From positions 37,820,001-37,884,000 of the forward strand of contig NC_135670.1 of the NCBI RefSeq assembly GCF_964188315.1: a stretch of DNA of 64,000 nucleotides. Direction: 5' to 3'. Below, piece after piece: positions 45,701-57,500 of the stretch. The position numbers were made by a program, and so were the translations under genes. Position 1 is the first letter of the stretch, and each line of letters opens with the position of its first letter. This DNA is from Podarcis muralis (taxonomy: Eukaryota). A model generated the notes under the pieces. That model made no database searches and had not been told where the DNA came from. It saw only the letters and a program-made list of their open reading frames with translations.

Positions 45701-47015
45701 TTATCGGTGGTTGCAAGAACAAATGAGCCCTATATTCCAAACAAAGTGCTTGATTAACCTGGAGGTAGGCTGTATGAACTCTGTATTGATTTGTAATGTT
45801 TTGTTGGGTCTCTGGACCGTAATAAAGATAGTAGTAGTAGTAGTAGTAGTATTTTGAACATTGTACCACTAAGTGTTCTGACCAACTCTAGCTAAGGGCA
45901 CAACCAAAGCCAATGTTTCTGATCACTAACTCCAGATGAAGGACAGAGTAGATGAAAAATCCATGCACTTTAGGCCCATCGAAACGTAGAGCCTATTGTG
46001 GATTATGCATAGTGGCTGGAGATTGTACAAACAGTTTTTAATATCCACTTATCTCTGATACTTTCCCCAACTTATTTGTTGGAACTCATATATCACTCAT
46101 TTGATATTTTCAGATGTGGATTATTGTTTCCAATGCCAAGATGACCAATTTCCAAACAAGGCCAGAGATCAATGCATCCCCAAACGCCAACATTTTCTTT
46201 CCTACGCAGAACCTTTAGGGTTCGTTTTAGCTTCCTTAGCTCTGGTCTTTTCTCTGCTCACAGCTTGGATACTTGGCGTCTTCTCTAGGAATGGGGACAC
46301 TCCCATTGTCAAAGCCAACAACCGGGACCTCACCTACACTCTGCTCCTTGCCCTCTTGCTCTGCTTCCTCTGCTCCTTGCTCTTCATTGGCCAGCCTCAC
46401 CCAGTCAGCTGCTCTTTACGACAAGCTGCTTTTGGCATCATCTTCTCCATTGCTGTGTCTTGTGTCTTGGCCAAAACCATCACGGTGGTTCTGGCTTTCA
46501 TGGCCACCAAACCAGGATCCAGGATGAGGAAATGGGTGGGGAAATCTCTCACAAACTCTGTGCTTCTTGGTTGCTGCTCCGTTCAAACCAGCATTTGTGC
46601 TGCTTGGCTCTGTACGGCTCCTCCATTCCCAGATGTGGACATGAACTCTCTGATGGAGGAAATCATTGTGGAATGCAACGAAGGTTCTGTCGTGATGTTT
46701 TATTCTGTCCTGGGTTATCTGGGATTCCTGGCCATGGTCAGCTTCACTATGGCTTTCCTGGCCAAGAGGTTGCCGGACAGTTTCAACGAAGCCAAGTTCA
46801 TCACCTTCAGCATGTTGGTGTTCTGCAGCGTTTGGCTGTCCTTTGTTCCCTCTTATCTGAGCACCAAAGGAAAGCAGATGGTGGCTGTGGAGGTCTTTTG
46901 CATCTTGGCCTCCAGCGCAGGTTTGCTGGGTTGTATCTTTCCCCCCAAATTGTACATAATTCTTCTGAGGCCCGACTTGAACAGCAAAGATCACTTAATT
47001 CTGAGGAGCAAATAG
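39475..47015 (+). CDS. V2R gene D (paralogue of B), intact, about 878 aa; exons 39475-39707, 41124-41415, 42728-43582, 44213-44440, 44850-44976, 46114-47015
   Basis: Same architecture as B, with open frames and canonical splice sites. Confidence 0.94.
40870..41106. mobile_element. Tc1/pogo-type MITE just upstream of the V2R-D exon 2 acceptor
   Basis: TA-flanked with TIR (a)agtggtacctc / aggtaccactg. Empty site in gene B. Confidence 0.85.
41124..41415 (+). CDS. V2R-D exon 2
   Basis: 292 nt. Confidence 0.9.
42728..43582 (+). CDS. V2R-D exon 3
   Basis: 855 nt open. Confidence 0.92.
44213..44440 (+). CDS. V2R-D exon 4
   Basis: 228 nt. Confidence 0.92.
44850..44976 (+). CDS. V2R-D exon 5
   Basis: 127 nt, 'FCCYDC'. 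Confidence 0.92.
45008..45849 (+). mobile_element. 5'-truncated non-LTR retrotransposon with C-terminal CCHC-like motif and (TAG)n tail (clade uncertain, RTE-X-like)
   Basis: 'RLCSC...NILLHCAKY' motif, aataaag plus (TAG)n tail, TSD tattttgaa (44999-45007 / 45850-45858). Absent from B. Confidence 0.75.
46114..47015 (+). CDS. V2R-D exon 6 (7TM)
   Basis: 902 nt ending in TAG. Confidence 0.95.
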
Positions 47016-47808
47016 GAATGAACTTGTGTTGATGCTTTTAATTTTTGCATTGTTTGCTGGCATTAATTGGAAGACCAGACAAAGTAATTCCTTGTCTTTC
47101 TCAACTCTTATCCTTTTCATTCCTAGAAATACCCTCCAACCTACATCTGTAACCAATAAATCTGAGACCAATTTTTAACCCCATAAAGTTGTTCTGTCAC
47201 TTTGTTATCTTGCCAATACACTGATCTTCCACTCATAGGGTGCTAAAGGTATATCCCTTCATGGGGAGACATCATCAGTATGAAACACGTAACTTCTGCT
47301 GAGGCTATACTTTATACATTTAGGTAAAAGCTGTCTTGTATTTATTTATATGTAATCAAGAAAGGCTGCTGATCTCAGAATGTAGCTGCAAAAGCCTGTA
47401 TAACATGGCAGAACATTATGGACAATTAAGAGGTTGCAGTTTTAATCCTTTCTGTCATCCTCCACCTGTGGATACACATGTCTGTACACATCCACCTGGC
47501 TTCACAATGTAAAGTTGTCACATTTCCAAGTGGGGCTTCAAAACAATTGAATGACATTTGTTACCCGCTGGTCCTCATCTGCCTACAAATGAGACCCAGA
47601 TTCTCTGAGTTTATCTTCTCCATGTAGGGCTCTCTGATGGGTTCTCTGATGTGTCTGTGATCTTGGATGATGGAGAGGTATGCTGCCCCACCCCCATGTC
47701 ACCTATGGCCCACGGGGGATGTGGGAGATGAGGATCCAGGTCACCCCTCAGATCAAGTGCCCCATAAGATCACAAGATCAACCATGTTGTTTACAATAAA
47801 GCTTTAGC

Positions 47809-47930
47809 CATGCATAGGCAAACTCAGCCCTCCAGATGTTTTGGGACTATTACTCCCATCATCCCTGACCACTGGGATGATGGGAGTTGTAGTCCCAAAA
47901 CATCTGGAGGGCCGAGTTTTCCTATGCCTG
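47809..47930. mobile_element. Palindromic hAT-type MITE (122 bp)
   Basis: Near-perfect inverted halves; 8-bp TSD gctttagc / gctttagg. Confidence 0.8.
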
Positions 47931-48570
47931 GCTTTAGGCCTCAAAAGTTGGTGGAGGTTGATTTAGTTAAAAAACCACAGCCTACATTCTTTAGAACTGT
48001 AGAATTAAGAATAGTCATGATACAAAGAATACTATAGCATTTCCCCTTTGGACATAACTTGTTCAAAATTGATTGCTATGGTAGTGTTTCAAGCATTCTA
48101 AAGCTCATAGACAAAGATTCTAAATCACTGCATTCACAGATTTTTAAATCTAAACTTCATTATTGCATATTTGTGGTTCGAGGACCCGACCCCCGCAATG
48201 TGGAAAGAATACACACGGACACGTGATATAAGGTTAATGGGCAAGGAAAGGCCACAACTTTATTGATTACAGCAGTGAAAAAGGTATTGGCTTAGGCATT
48301 GGATTTGAACAAGTGGGTTTATTCACCAGTAGGTGGAGCCTGTTGATGCCGATCCAACTATAGGCTCACCCCTAATGTCACCGAGGGTCGTGCCACGGCC
48401 TCCCGCCAAGCAGGCATCGGACAGAATACACGACCGCCAGATTCCTTTAACGGAATACCCCTATAAATTGAAGGCATAGGCGATGGCCACACCTAGCTCT
48501 TCGACACACCACAACACATTATTCCAATGCCTAACCGCCACCCGAGCCGCAAGGCTCGCCGCCAATACCC

Positions 48571-49200
48571 TCACTGCTGCAACCAATCCCGGATGCTATT
48601 AATGACGCTATCTAACCAAATGTCGTTCCCCAGGTCTGATAAATGCACCCCGTCATTCCGATATAAGGCGTGCTCGCCAATACGGATACGGTCATGATAA
48701 ATGATTCGGCCATACATGAAGCGCACCCAACGGGCCACTGCCCGATTTACGAGTTTCCTGGTTTTTTCAATGGCCATACAGCTTTGCGCTCCGCGCCAAA
48801 AAGTCCTCTTCAGCATAGAAGACCAGAACACTGTCGTTCTGGGACATAAAGTAGCGAACGCATCCAAGTCACTTTTCATGCTCGCTAGCAAGTCCACACT
48901 TCTCCTATTAGTCAAGTCATTCTCTCCTAATTGGATGACCAGGATATCGGGAGGGCCGAACGCGGCTACTTTCTCCCACAGCAACGGCATAAGCTCGACC
49001 CAGCGCATGCCTCTTCTCGAAAACCAGGAAACTCGAACTCCAGGTGGTAAACCAAGGTTAGGCGCAAGACCGCGGCTGGCCGCCCGAACGCGGGCCCAAT
49101 GGACTATACTGTGGCCGCAAATCCACACGTGTTGCCTGAACACAGCTGAGGATGAAAGGAGAGAGAAAACCGGTAAGTAGGAGGACAACAGGGGGAGCAC
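48571..49200 (-). CDS. SGNH/GDSL hydrolase-like ORF of an Ngaro-type element
   Basis: Block I 'CGHS', block III 'LGENDL', block V 'DGVHL'. The ORF-track start is GTG, so the true start is uncertain. Confidence 0.82.
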   Translation of the reverse strand: MLPLLSSYLPVFSLLSSSAVFRQHVWICGHSIVHWARVRAASRGLAPNLGLPPGVRVSWFSRRGMRWVELMPLLWEKVAAFGPPDILVIQLGENDLTNRRSVDLLASMKSDLDAFATLCPRTTVFWSSMLKRTFWRGAQSCMAIEKTRKLVNRAVARWVRFMYGRIIYHDRIRIGEHALYRNDGVHLSDLGNDIWLDSVINSIRDWLQQ

Positions 49201-49201
49201 T

Positions 49202-50092
49202 CTAACGTATGTAGCTTTTGTACGCGTTGGATTTCCACCGGCCCATTTCCTTTATCCTATCCGCGGGCAGGCCCAAGTGGGCAGCTGTTGTTGCGGCACC
49301 GATCCTGAATGAATGCGCCGCATATTCTAGGGAAGATAGGCCACACTCCTCAATAGCTTTGCGGAGTACCCTGGTGAACTGGTGCCTCAACAATGGAGAC
49401 CCATCCTCGTGCACCAAGAGCGGACCGGGGCCGGGTGGTCTAAGGTAAAGGTACCGCCTAGTGTCCTTTACCGGGCATGGGCCTTGCTGCGCCGACGCTG
49501 TGAGCTTAACCAGAACCCCTTTCCCAGCCTGATCCGTTTTGGACTGGCGTATCCTGACCATCAAAGCAGACTCAGACAACTGCACGTCCTCCATAAGCAG
49601 GCCGCGCGTAGAACCCCTCGCGCTAGCTTCCACTACAACCTCGCCAACTCTCAAAGCGCCAAAAAAGGCGATGGCGTACGCTGCAGAAAAGAGGCGGGCC
49701 TCAAACTTGGTCCAGCAAATTGACCTAAGCTTTGAGCGTATTTGAGATAGCAACCCATAAGAAATTGGCTTGCGGCCCTCGGTCCTAGGGGGTTGTGACC
49801 TGCTCCAACCTTCAATAGCTCTACGGATAAGAAAGTCTCTACACGGGTCGGAAGAAAAGGTGGCTTTAGAAAAGAAGCTGATGGCTGCTACATGTATCTC
49901 GCCTGACTCGTGGCGAGAGGACGAAGAATGAGGCCGGGCGAAGGCTGTCGCCGCAGCAAAAGGCTGCTGAACACGCCCCCCCTCAGGCACCTGGTTGGAT
50001 GCCTGCTGAGGGGCGTGGGCGCCAGCCAGGTGAGGTGAAGGCAGGGGGCTAACGCCCCCTGCTAGGGGCGGGGCTCGGGCTCCCGCCCACAA
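49202..50092 (-). CDS. Tyrosine recombinase (DIRS/Ngaro type), N-terminus replaced by the deletion junction
   Basis: Catalytic R (GALRVGE), HxxR (HSFRIG), GRW and Y (AYKSYIR). Confidence 0.88.
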   Translation of the reverse strand: MWAGARAPPLAGGVSPLPSPHLAGAHAPQQASNQVPEGGRVQQPFAAATAFARPHSSSSRHESGEIHVAAISFFSKATFSSDPCRDFLIRRAIEGWSRSQPPRTEGRKPISYGLLSQIRSKLRSICWTKFEARLFSAAYAIAFFGALRVGEVVVEASARGSTRGLLMEDVQLSESALMVRIRQSKTDQAGKGVLVKLTASAQQGPCPVKDTRRYLYLRPPGPGPLLVHEDGSPLLRHQFTRVLRKAIEECGLSSLEYAAHSFRIGAATTAAHLGLPADRIKEMGRWKSNAYKSYIR

Positions 50093-50121
50093 CCACTCCC
50101 CTCTCTTGCAGGGAGGAGAGT

Positions 50122-50323
50122 CTTTATCTATTACATTTATATAGCATTTATATACTATGGTTCTCCTTCTCCCAATTTCATCTTCACAACAACCCTGTGA
50201 GGTAGGTTAGGCTAAGCGTCTGTGACCTGCCCAAGGTCACCCAGTGAGCTTCTTGCCTGAGTGGGGATTTGATCCCTGGTCTCCCATGTCCAACACTCTA
50301 ACCATTACATCACACTGGTTCTC
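50122..50323 (-). mobile_element. tRNA-derived SINE (Squam3/Sauria-type core)
   Basis: cccaaggtcacccag core, tRNA-like head and AT-rich tail. Confidence 0.7.
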
Positions 50324-50422
50324 AGCTGAAAATTATGGTTTGTCCATATGGTGTTAGTTAATGTAATAAGAATTTTGGTTGATGAAATGGATAATGGACT
50401 TGATTTAAAGGTTGTGCAAAGT

Positions 50423-50768
50423 TGTCAGAAGTGCGTGCAGGAGCCAGGCCCTGTGACTGGTAGGGCCTCGCAGGATTGGGGCCTTCCTGAGTTTGGCCTG
50501 GGAGGGCAAGGCCCACGCCGCACAGGTGAGGCTTGACAGAAGACTCGTAGCACCTGGTGGCAAAGGGTAGGAGGGGTATATAAGACCAGCAGTTCCCTCT
50601 GGCTCTTTGCTACAGCAACACGCTACCCACCTAGCTGTGCTTCCTGACTCCTGGTTTCCTGACCCCTGGACTGCTGTCCCTGGACTGCTGATTCCTGCTT
50701 CCCGACCTCAACCCCAGTCCCGACGTACCAAGTCAGAACTCTGACTGCCCGTAACCCAGACCATGTCA
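50423..50768 (+). mobile_element. Solo LTR (Gypsy-type, 346 bp)
   Basis: TG...CA, 5-bp TSD aaagt, TATA-like gtatataag. Absent upstream of C. Confidence 0.85.
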
Positions 50769-51261
50769 AAAGTTTGTTCTACCTCTTTGAACAATTAACG
50801 GCAAAGCAGTTTTTTTTTTATTCTATATTTTCATCTTAAGTAGTTTTCTGGGTAACCTTTTCTCTCTCTTTTTGCTGGCTCTCCATAAACCCTTATTGCT
50901 CTCCCTGCTAAGGAAGACCAGCTGAGACTTTGGCTGTGATGTGATAAACATGCTCCCCACCCCTAAATCACTGAGAAGCTGATTAAGTATCCTGTAATTA
51001 TCAAAGTAATCACGATCATTTCTTTGACTCTCTGGGGTGTTCCAGTAGCTGCATGAAAACTACGAATCAAGACTTGAAGATACTATTAATATCTCCTGTG
51101 ATGTTCAGAGCTTGGCCTTACACCAAGGGCTGTGATAGACTGATTCTTTTCCCCGCAAAAATCTGGCTTTCGTAACCATTCCAGTGAGACTTTGCTGCTC
51201 AGTATCACTCAGATGACAAGGTGCAAAGAGATGAATTGTCGCCTTAAAAATTCCCTGCAAC

Positions 51262-51507
51262 ATGGTAATATTTGCAATCTTGGCATTTGTGCTGCTAATT
51301 CAGACTGTGTGCAAGTTTCCTCTTGCTCCTACAATACTCTGTGCAGGATGGTACTTTCCACAATGTTGGCGTCAGTGCTGCTTCCTCCAGATGAGTGCAA
51401 GGCTGCTGTTGCTCCATGTTCCATCCGTGATCCTCTTCCTATTCTTCACAAATATTATCAGTCTGGAGATGTTGCTATTGCTGGCGTTATGTCTCAAATC
51501 TATATAA
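51262..51507 (+). other. Out-of-frame upstream ORF (81 aa) with duplicated signal peptide
   Basis: Paralogue of 25964-26209, again 86 nt upstream of the in-frame ATG. Confidence 0.7.
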
Positions 51508-51562
51508 CTTCAAGCATAGCCTTCAATGAACCTCCTACACCTGAACTCTTTGATGACATTCT
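51348..51562 (+). CDS. V2R-E exon 1
   Basis: 215 nt, '[14 protein letters not shown]'. Confidence 0.82.
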
Positions 51563-54500
51563 GTAAGGAAGTGTGTGTGTGTGTGTTTAAAAACCGTATC
51601 ATATATCTGTAATGAATATTTTTCTGCATTTGACATATGATGAAGGTGATGCTCATTACACTAGTGGTCAAAATTGTGGAAAACTTTAGGAAAAGCTGTA
51701 TTTCAATTTGGATAACTACATAGTCTAAGAGATGCCAGGGATTCGACTGAGGGTGTCTCCATGATGTTATTTTTTTTTCATCGAAAGTTTGTGTTGGTAA
51801 TAACAAGGTTGTCCACTGCACATATCATCAAAAGTAAGATTCTGTTCTGGTTGCTGCTGCCAATTCCTTCTTTCCCAATAGTCCCAGGCCACAGATTGAA
51901 ATCTCTCCTAACTCTTGCATTTGAATCACCCAGGAGCATGATTTGTTTTATGTGTGTAGACTAAGGCACAGTTTTTGCAGTAAGGCTCTGTTCCGATGGC
52001 AAAAATTTCAGGATGACCAGTAGATTCTTATCTGCTTTCATCCACCTTCACAGCCGTTGTAACATGCCACATGTTATCTTCTGTCTGTCCTGCCATTGAG
52101 AACTTCTTGGATCATTCTTTGTCCAGCTCCTTTCCTTGGACCTTACCGCCTTGGGTGACCCTGCAGGGATTATGAGACTCCCGATGGCTTTGCTCAAAAG
52201 GGTCATAGGAACATGCAAGCTCACTCACAATGACAAGGTCATGATCCAGCAAGTCAGTGTAGGGCTATAACCTTTGATAGAATAAGGATAATTAAACACT
52301 GTTTGTTGCATTATATTCTACATTAGATTATCATTCTAATGATATATATATTTATGGTATTAATATAAAAAGTACTGATGTTATGAGCCTGAGATACAGA
52401 CATACTTTCCAAAATGTTTTCACAATATTGGCCACTAGTGTATGATGATTACCCTTTCCCTTCCATGTAGTTCTGGTGTTTATGAGACATGGGGGCAGAT
52501 CTCATATCTCAAACTGACTTCTGCAGTGTGTGATAACATGTTTCTTCTTACATGGTAGGCTTATACCAGTGTTCAGTTGTTTTAAAAAGTTTACAAGGCA
52601 GCATAAAAAGTAACATCCCCATTCACTTTGTTAAGGCTTTCCGCTCATTTACCATGGTGAGCGAAGGATTTCTTATTTAATATTTGACTTCAATCAAAGC
52701 CAAGTGGTAATTCATTCAGATTAGAGGTTTTTGGTTGTGTGGCAAGACCCTCAAGCAGACCTCCCATTAAGATAAATAAATTCACATGGACACGGATGTC
52801 AGAGCTGCCTCAGGTCCCAGCTCACAGAGGACCAACGCCAGTCCGTTGTTATATAAAATAGTCTTTATTGAAGTTCAGTTTCTCATTTACAGCCACGGCG
52901 CGCAGCTCTACGTCTTAAACCCTAGACCGCCGAAGCTCCGTCTGAGTCTCCTCCCCCCAGGCACCAGTTTAAGACTCTAGCCTTGCTCCACCTCTTCCTT
53001 TGCTCTTTCCTTCTCTGGGTCCGCCTGTCCGCTGGGGTCTTACCCCTCCTGGACTCTTCTGACGCTAAGTCCTCTGAGTCTTCCCCCTGCCTCCGGCGGG
53101 CTTTAGGACCCGGTTCCCAATCCGGGTTTTCTGCCGTCCCGCGCGCCTGTACATTTGAACTTGGCGCGCGCGCCCAGCCGGCCACCTTCCTCCTGACCGT
53201 TACACTGCTCCTGTCACTGCCTTTCCCTCTGGGGATGCTAGCTGGGTCTGACCTCCCCTCCGTTCCCTCACTCTCTGACAGGGGCGTGGCCAGTCCTGAC
53301 TCCTCTTCCCTCCCTGCTGGAGGAGACGCTGGCTCTGACCCATGTGACTCTTCCCCCCCACTGCGTTCTGGTGGGGAAGCTGGTCCCGATCTCCAGCTAC
53401 TGCTTTGGGAGTCTCCGCTGGCCCCTCGCTTCTGGTGCGTCCCCCCTGGGACCCCCCTTGCCCTGACCATCGGCGCCCCCTTCTGGGAATCTTCCGATTC
53501 ACTGGAGAGGCTCACGGAATCTCTCGGGTCACTGTCATTCTCCCCTCCGCTGCCCTCAGATTCCTCCCCTTCGCTCTCCATTTCCTCTCTCCCCTGTGCC
53601 TCTGCTCCTGAGCCCCTGACAACGGATATTTTGTTTAAGGTTTTTGGGCAAAAATTTGGCCACAACTTTATTGATTACAGGAATGAGAGCAGTATTGGCT
53701 TAGGCATTGGCAAGACTATATCTGACTCCTGCCCCCTTTGCAGGAAGTCTGTAAGGGTAAACCACCCAAAGGGAAATTGCTTCGGGGGAACCGGCCTGCA
53801 TCTCCCCTGGTGTTCCCAGTGGCCTGGCACGGCCCTCACCCTTCAAGCGGACTTCAGACAGGAACCAGGCCCTGGATTCCTTTAACGGAATACCCTTGAC
53901 ACTGGAGGGGCAGGCGATGGCCGACCTCCCCTCCCCCATTCACCATAAGCCAATGCCTAACCGCCAAACCTTACAAAGTTGTGATGATTGCTAAGAGGTG
54001 GGCAAAGACCAAGTGGCCCATGCCAATTTACCAAATGGAAAAATTCCTACCTGACTCAAGCCGGGCAACCAACCAAAGTCCAAACGATCTAAAGGCAGGT
54101 GGGTATTCGGCAGCGCGAAGCAGGAGCCTGGCACAGGTCACGCTACCACTTTTATGATTTCCCCCACTATCACCCTTTGACATGATTGGGCAATAGCCCT
54201 GGGCAGTTGTGATGCCACCCGGGCATGTGTGCAATAGCTCCATCCACGCCAGGGTGGGTGGGAACCTGGTTGAGACCCTGCCCGCAACCAGGACCATCTA
54301 GTAAGATGATCCCATTAACCAGACTTTTCTCCTCCTCCTCCTCCTCCTCCTCCTCCTCCTCCTCCTCCTCCTCCTCCATAGAACAGAACTAGTAGCAATC
54401 AGGGCCATACCAGCCGTGAGGTAAATAGAAACAGCAGCCTTGGGCCAGGGAATTCCTGCTGCTGCCATTGCACAGCTGCCATGGCTGCCACAGTAGTGCC

Positions 54501-57500
54501 TAGTGAGATCTCCTAAGATCTTGTGAGCTGACAGAATTTATCACCTGTTACGCACTATGTCGCTCTCCATACAGGCCAGTGACACAACTGTACCAGCATA
54601 TCCTGGCTTTGGCATTTGCTGTAAAAGAGATAAATGAAGATCCCCAAATCTTGCCCAATATCTCTCTAGGTTTCCACATCTATAACAGCCATTTCAGTCC
54701 AAGCTGGACCTACCAAGCCTCCATGGACCTTCTCTCTAGCCAAGAAAGACTCCTCCCCAACTACAAGTGTGATGTTCAGGATACTCCAAAGGCGGTCATT
54801 GGGGGGCCAAACTCTGATTTATGTCTCCACATGTCAACCATCCTGTCCATGTACAAGATGCCAAGGGTAAGAGGTTTGCATGGAACATGGATCATCAATA
54901 AAGCCGTTTACAGTTGCCTTTGACTAACTCTCATTGGGTTGCATGCTGGTAATTGAATGTTTTTGTGATTCACCATCTTGCGGAACAAAATATCAAGGGA
55001 ATGGCAAATAGTGGGCATAGGTTGGTGTTTATCAACCAAAAATATGTGTCTGCTTCAGTTCCACACCTCCTTAAAAACTCAGGTGGAAGAATTCCTCATT
55101 GGACACTTTGCTCCTGTGCAGGACTGTAACAAAATATCTGCTGCCTGTGGTAGCACAACTGTATGCTTGCTATGCCTGCTGAAAAATCACTTATATATTT
55201 CCCAAGATTAACATTCCAAATCAACAGAAATAAATAATATTTGAATCCTTTTGTAGCAGATCCCCCTCTGTAAAACTCTGTAACCACCATGGGTTATCTA
55301 GCATGTGTGATCTATCTAGCAGGCAGAAGTTGAACAAATAAGAAAGATTTATTTTGCAGAATAAAGTTGGCAAGACAAAAGATGTTATCAGGAGATAAAG
55401 TTCTTTCAGGAAACAGTTAACTTATTAATATTCAATTTAGTGCATGTTACGGGCTTCAAAAGAAGGTAGTGAACGTACAGCTTATTTAAAATGGCAGTTG
55501 CTTATTTTCAGCTTGATGTTACAATTGGTAAACAATCAGCTCATTTCCATTTTTCATTACTTCAGTTTCTTAAACCTCATTGCATAGGTGTTACACTTTC
55601 AGACTTTGGTTCTTATACAAGGTAGTGCTTTCTGTCAGTTTCCCCACCTTCTATCACTCCCACTCCTGAGGTTCTCCAAATAGCACAACAGCCCTAAGGG
55701 ATCACCAGCCCTCTTAACGGGTTTGGGTGTCTTCTCTTTCTAGAAGATCTCTCCCTTCCGGACTGGAAGGAGACCCAAGCAGATGGGATCCTGCAGAGGT
55801 GCCATCTTCTTAAGAGGACTGAGGGGGCCCATGTGCAGTGCAGCACGACATAATGACTTCATGCGTGTGATGTCACATGACACCCTGACGTCATGTGTGT
55901 GATGCCATGAGGAGCCAAATGCCCCTTGAATATTGAGGGGGCTCAGTCCCCTCAAAAAATACATTGGTGGGGATGAAACTGCCTCGGCCCCTAGGAGTGG
56001 TGTGAATGATGGAAATCACAACATTATGGTAATGGGAAGGAGGTCCAATATTGCAGAAACAGATGATGCACCAATACATACCAAATCAAAAGATTGGAAT
56101 TAGAACAGTCCAGATGGATTTCATATCATTTTCCATGCAAAGGTTAAAACAAAAAAATATTCCTTCCAGTAGCACCTTAAAGACCAACTAAGTTAGTTCT
56201 TGGTATGAGCTTTCGTGTGCATGCACACTTCTTCAGATACACTGAAAGTGTATCTGAAGAAGTGTGCATGCACACGAAAGCTCATACCAAGAGCTAACTT
56301 AGTTGGTCTTTAAGGTGCTACTGGAAGGAATATTTTTTTGTTTTGACTATGGCAGACCAACACGGCTACCTATCTGTAACATGCAAAGGTTGTGGGACAT
56401 AGCTTTCCTCTGTGGTTCTCTATCCTTTGCAGTTAACTCAAGGAATCATTATTAGGAATTTATTCAGATGAGAAAGCTTTATCATGGTTTTCTGTGAACA
56501 AGCATTTATTTACCTGTTCTTTCCTTTATCCTCCTTTAGATATGAAGGGCAGCAAATTCTGCCATAAACATAACTGCATAATTCTTCTATTTGATGAAAA
56601 GACATTAATATCCAAGTATTTCCCCAAACTGCAAATTCTAAATTAACAGATATAACCAAAAAGCTGAATCCCCCTGGTTAATATATACCAGTTAAATAGA
56701 GATTGAAACCTGGTTTTGAGTCTAATTGGTGGTTTGAGATCAGCATTTGTTATTTCCTTTCCTCCCTTGATTTTTTTAATGACCCTTTTCAGCTCCTCTA
56801 TGGCTCTTCTCCTGTGACGAATAATGACATTCAAGCCCTTTTCACCCACTGGATATTCCCAGATGGGACTCAGCAATACGAGGGGCTCCTCCAGTTACTG
56901 CTCCATTTCCGCTGGATGTGGATTGGTGTGCTTTTTAAACTCCATGATGACACTGGAGAGAGATTTGTACAAAATATTCTCCCCATGTTTGCCCAGAAGG
57001 GTATCTGCTTTGATTTTATAGGAAGTTTCCCTAAGGATACCTCTTCTAGTAAGTTTGATGAAATGGTGGAACAAGGTTCGAAAACATTGAACATTATTGT
57101 GGGAAGCACTGCCAATGCTGTGGTTGTGCATGGTGAAATTCATACAATTATGGGAATGAGAACGCTACCCAGGCTTGCAGAAATGAATGATGTGCCAATA
57201 CAAGGAAATAGAAAAATCTGGATTATGACAGCCCAGATGGATTTCACTTCATTTCCCTTTCAAAGAGGTTGGGACATCACATTCCTCCATGGGGCTCTAT
57301 CCTTTGCAGTTCACTCTAAGGACCTTCCAGGATTCCAGAAATTTATTCAGATGAGAAAGCCTCCCTTGGAAAAAGAAGATGGCTTTCTCGGGGTTTTCTG
57401 GGAAGAGGCATTTAACTGTGGTTTTCATGATTCTGCTTCAGAGAAGAAAGATGGCAAATTCTGCACTGGGGAGGAGAATATTGAGAGCCTTCCTGGGTCT

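Larger units (their letters stand above)
48171..50100 (-). mobile_element. Internally deleted DIRS/Ngaro-type tyrosine-recombinase retrotransposon
   Basis: YR ORF followed by an SGNH hydrolase ORF. No gag, RT or RNase H, and no TSD. Boundaries approximate. Confidence 0.8.
56146..56380. mobile_element. Penelope-like element terminus forming a 98-bp-arm palindrome
   Basis: Arms 56146-56243 and 56247-56344 with 1 mismatch. 11-bp TSD atgcaaaggtt. Empty site in gene C near 29866. Confidence 0.85.

Noticed and set aside
49202-50092. Phage integrase or bacterial contamination
   Set aside because: The motif pattern and neighbouring SGNH ORF fit DIRS/Ngaro retrotransposons. It is embedded in lizard repeats and has a relative elsewhere in the window.
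52983-53885. 300-aa plus-strand ORF
   Set aside because: Pyrimidine-rich antisense frame of the solo LTR crossing an insertion boundary, with no domain features.
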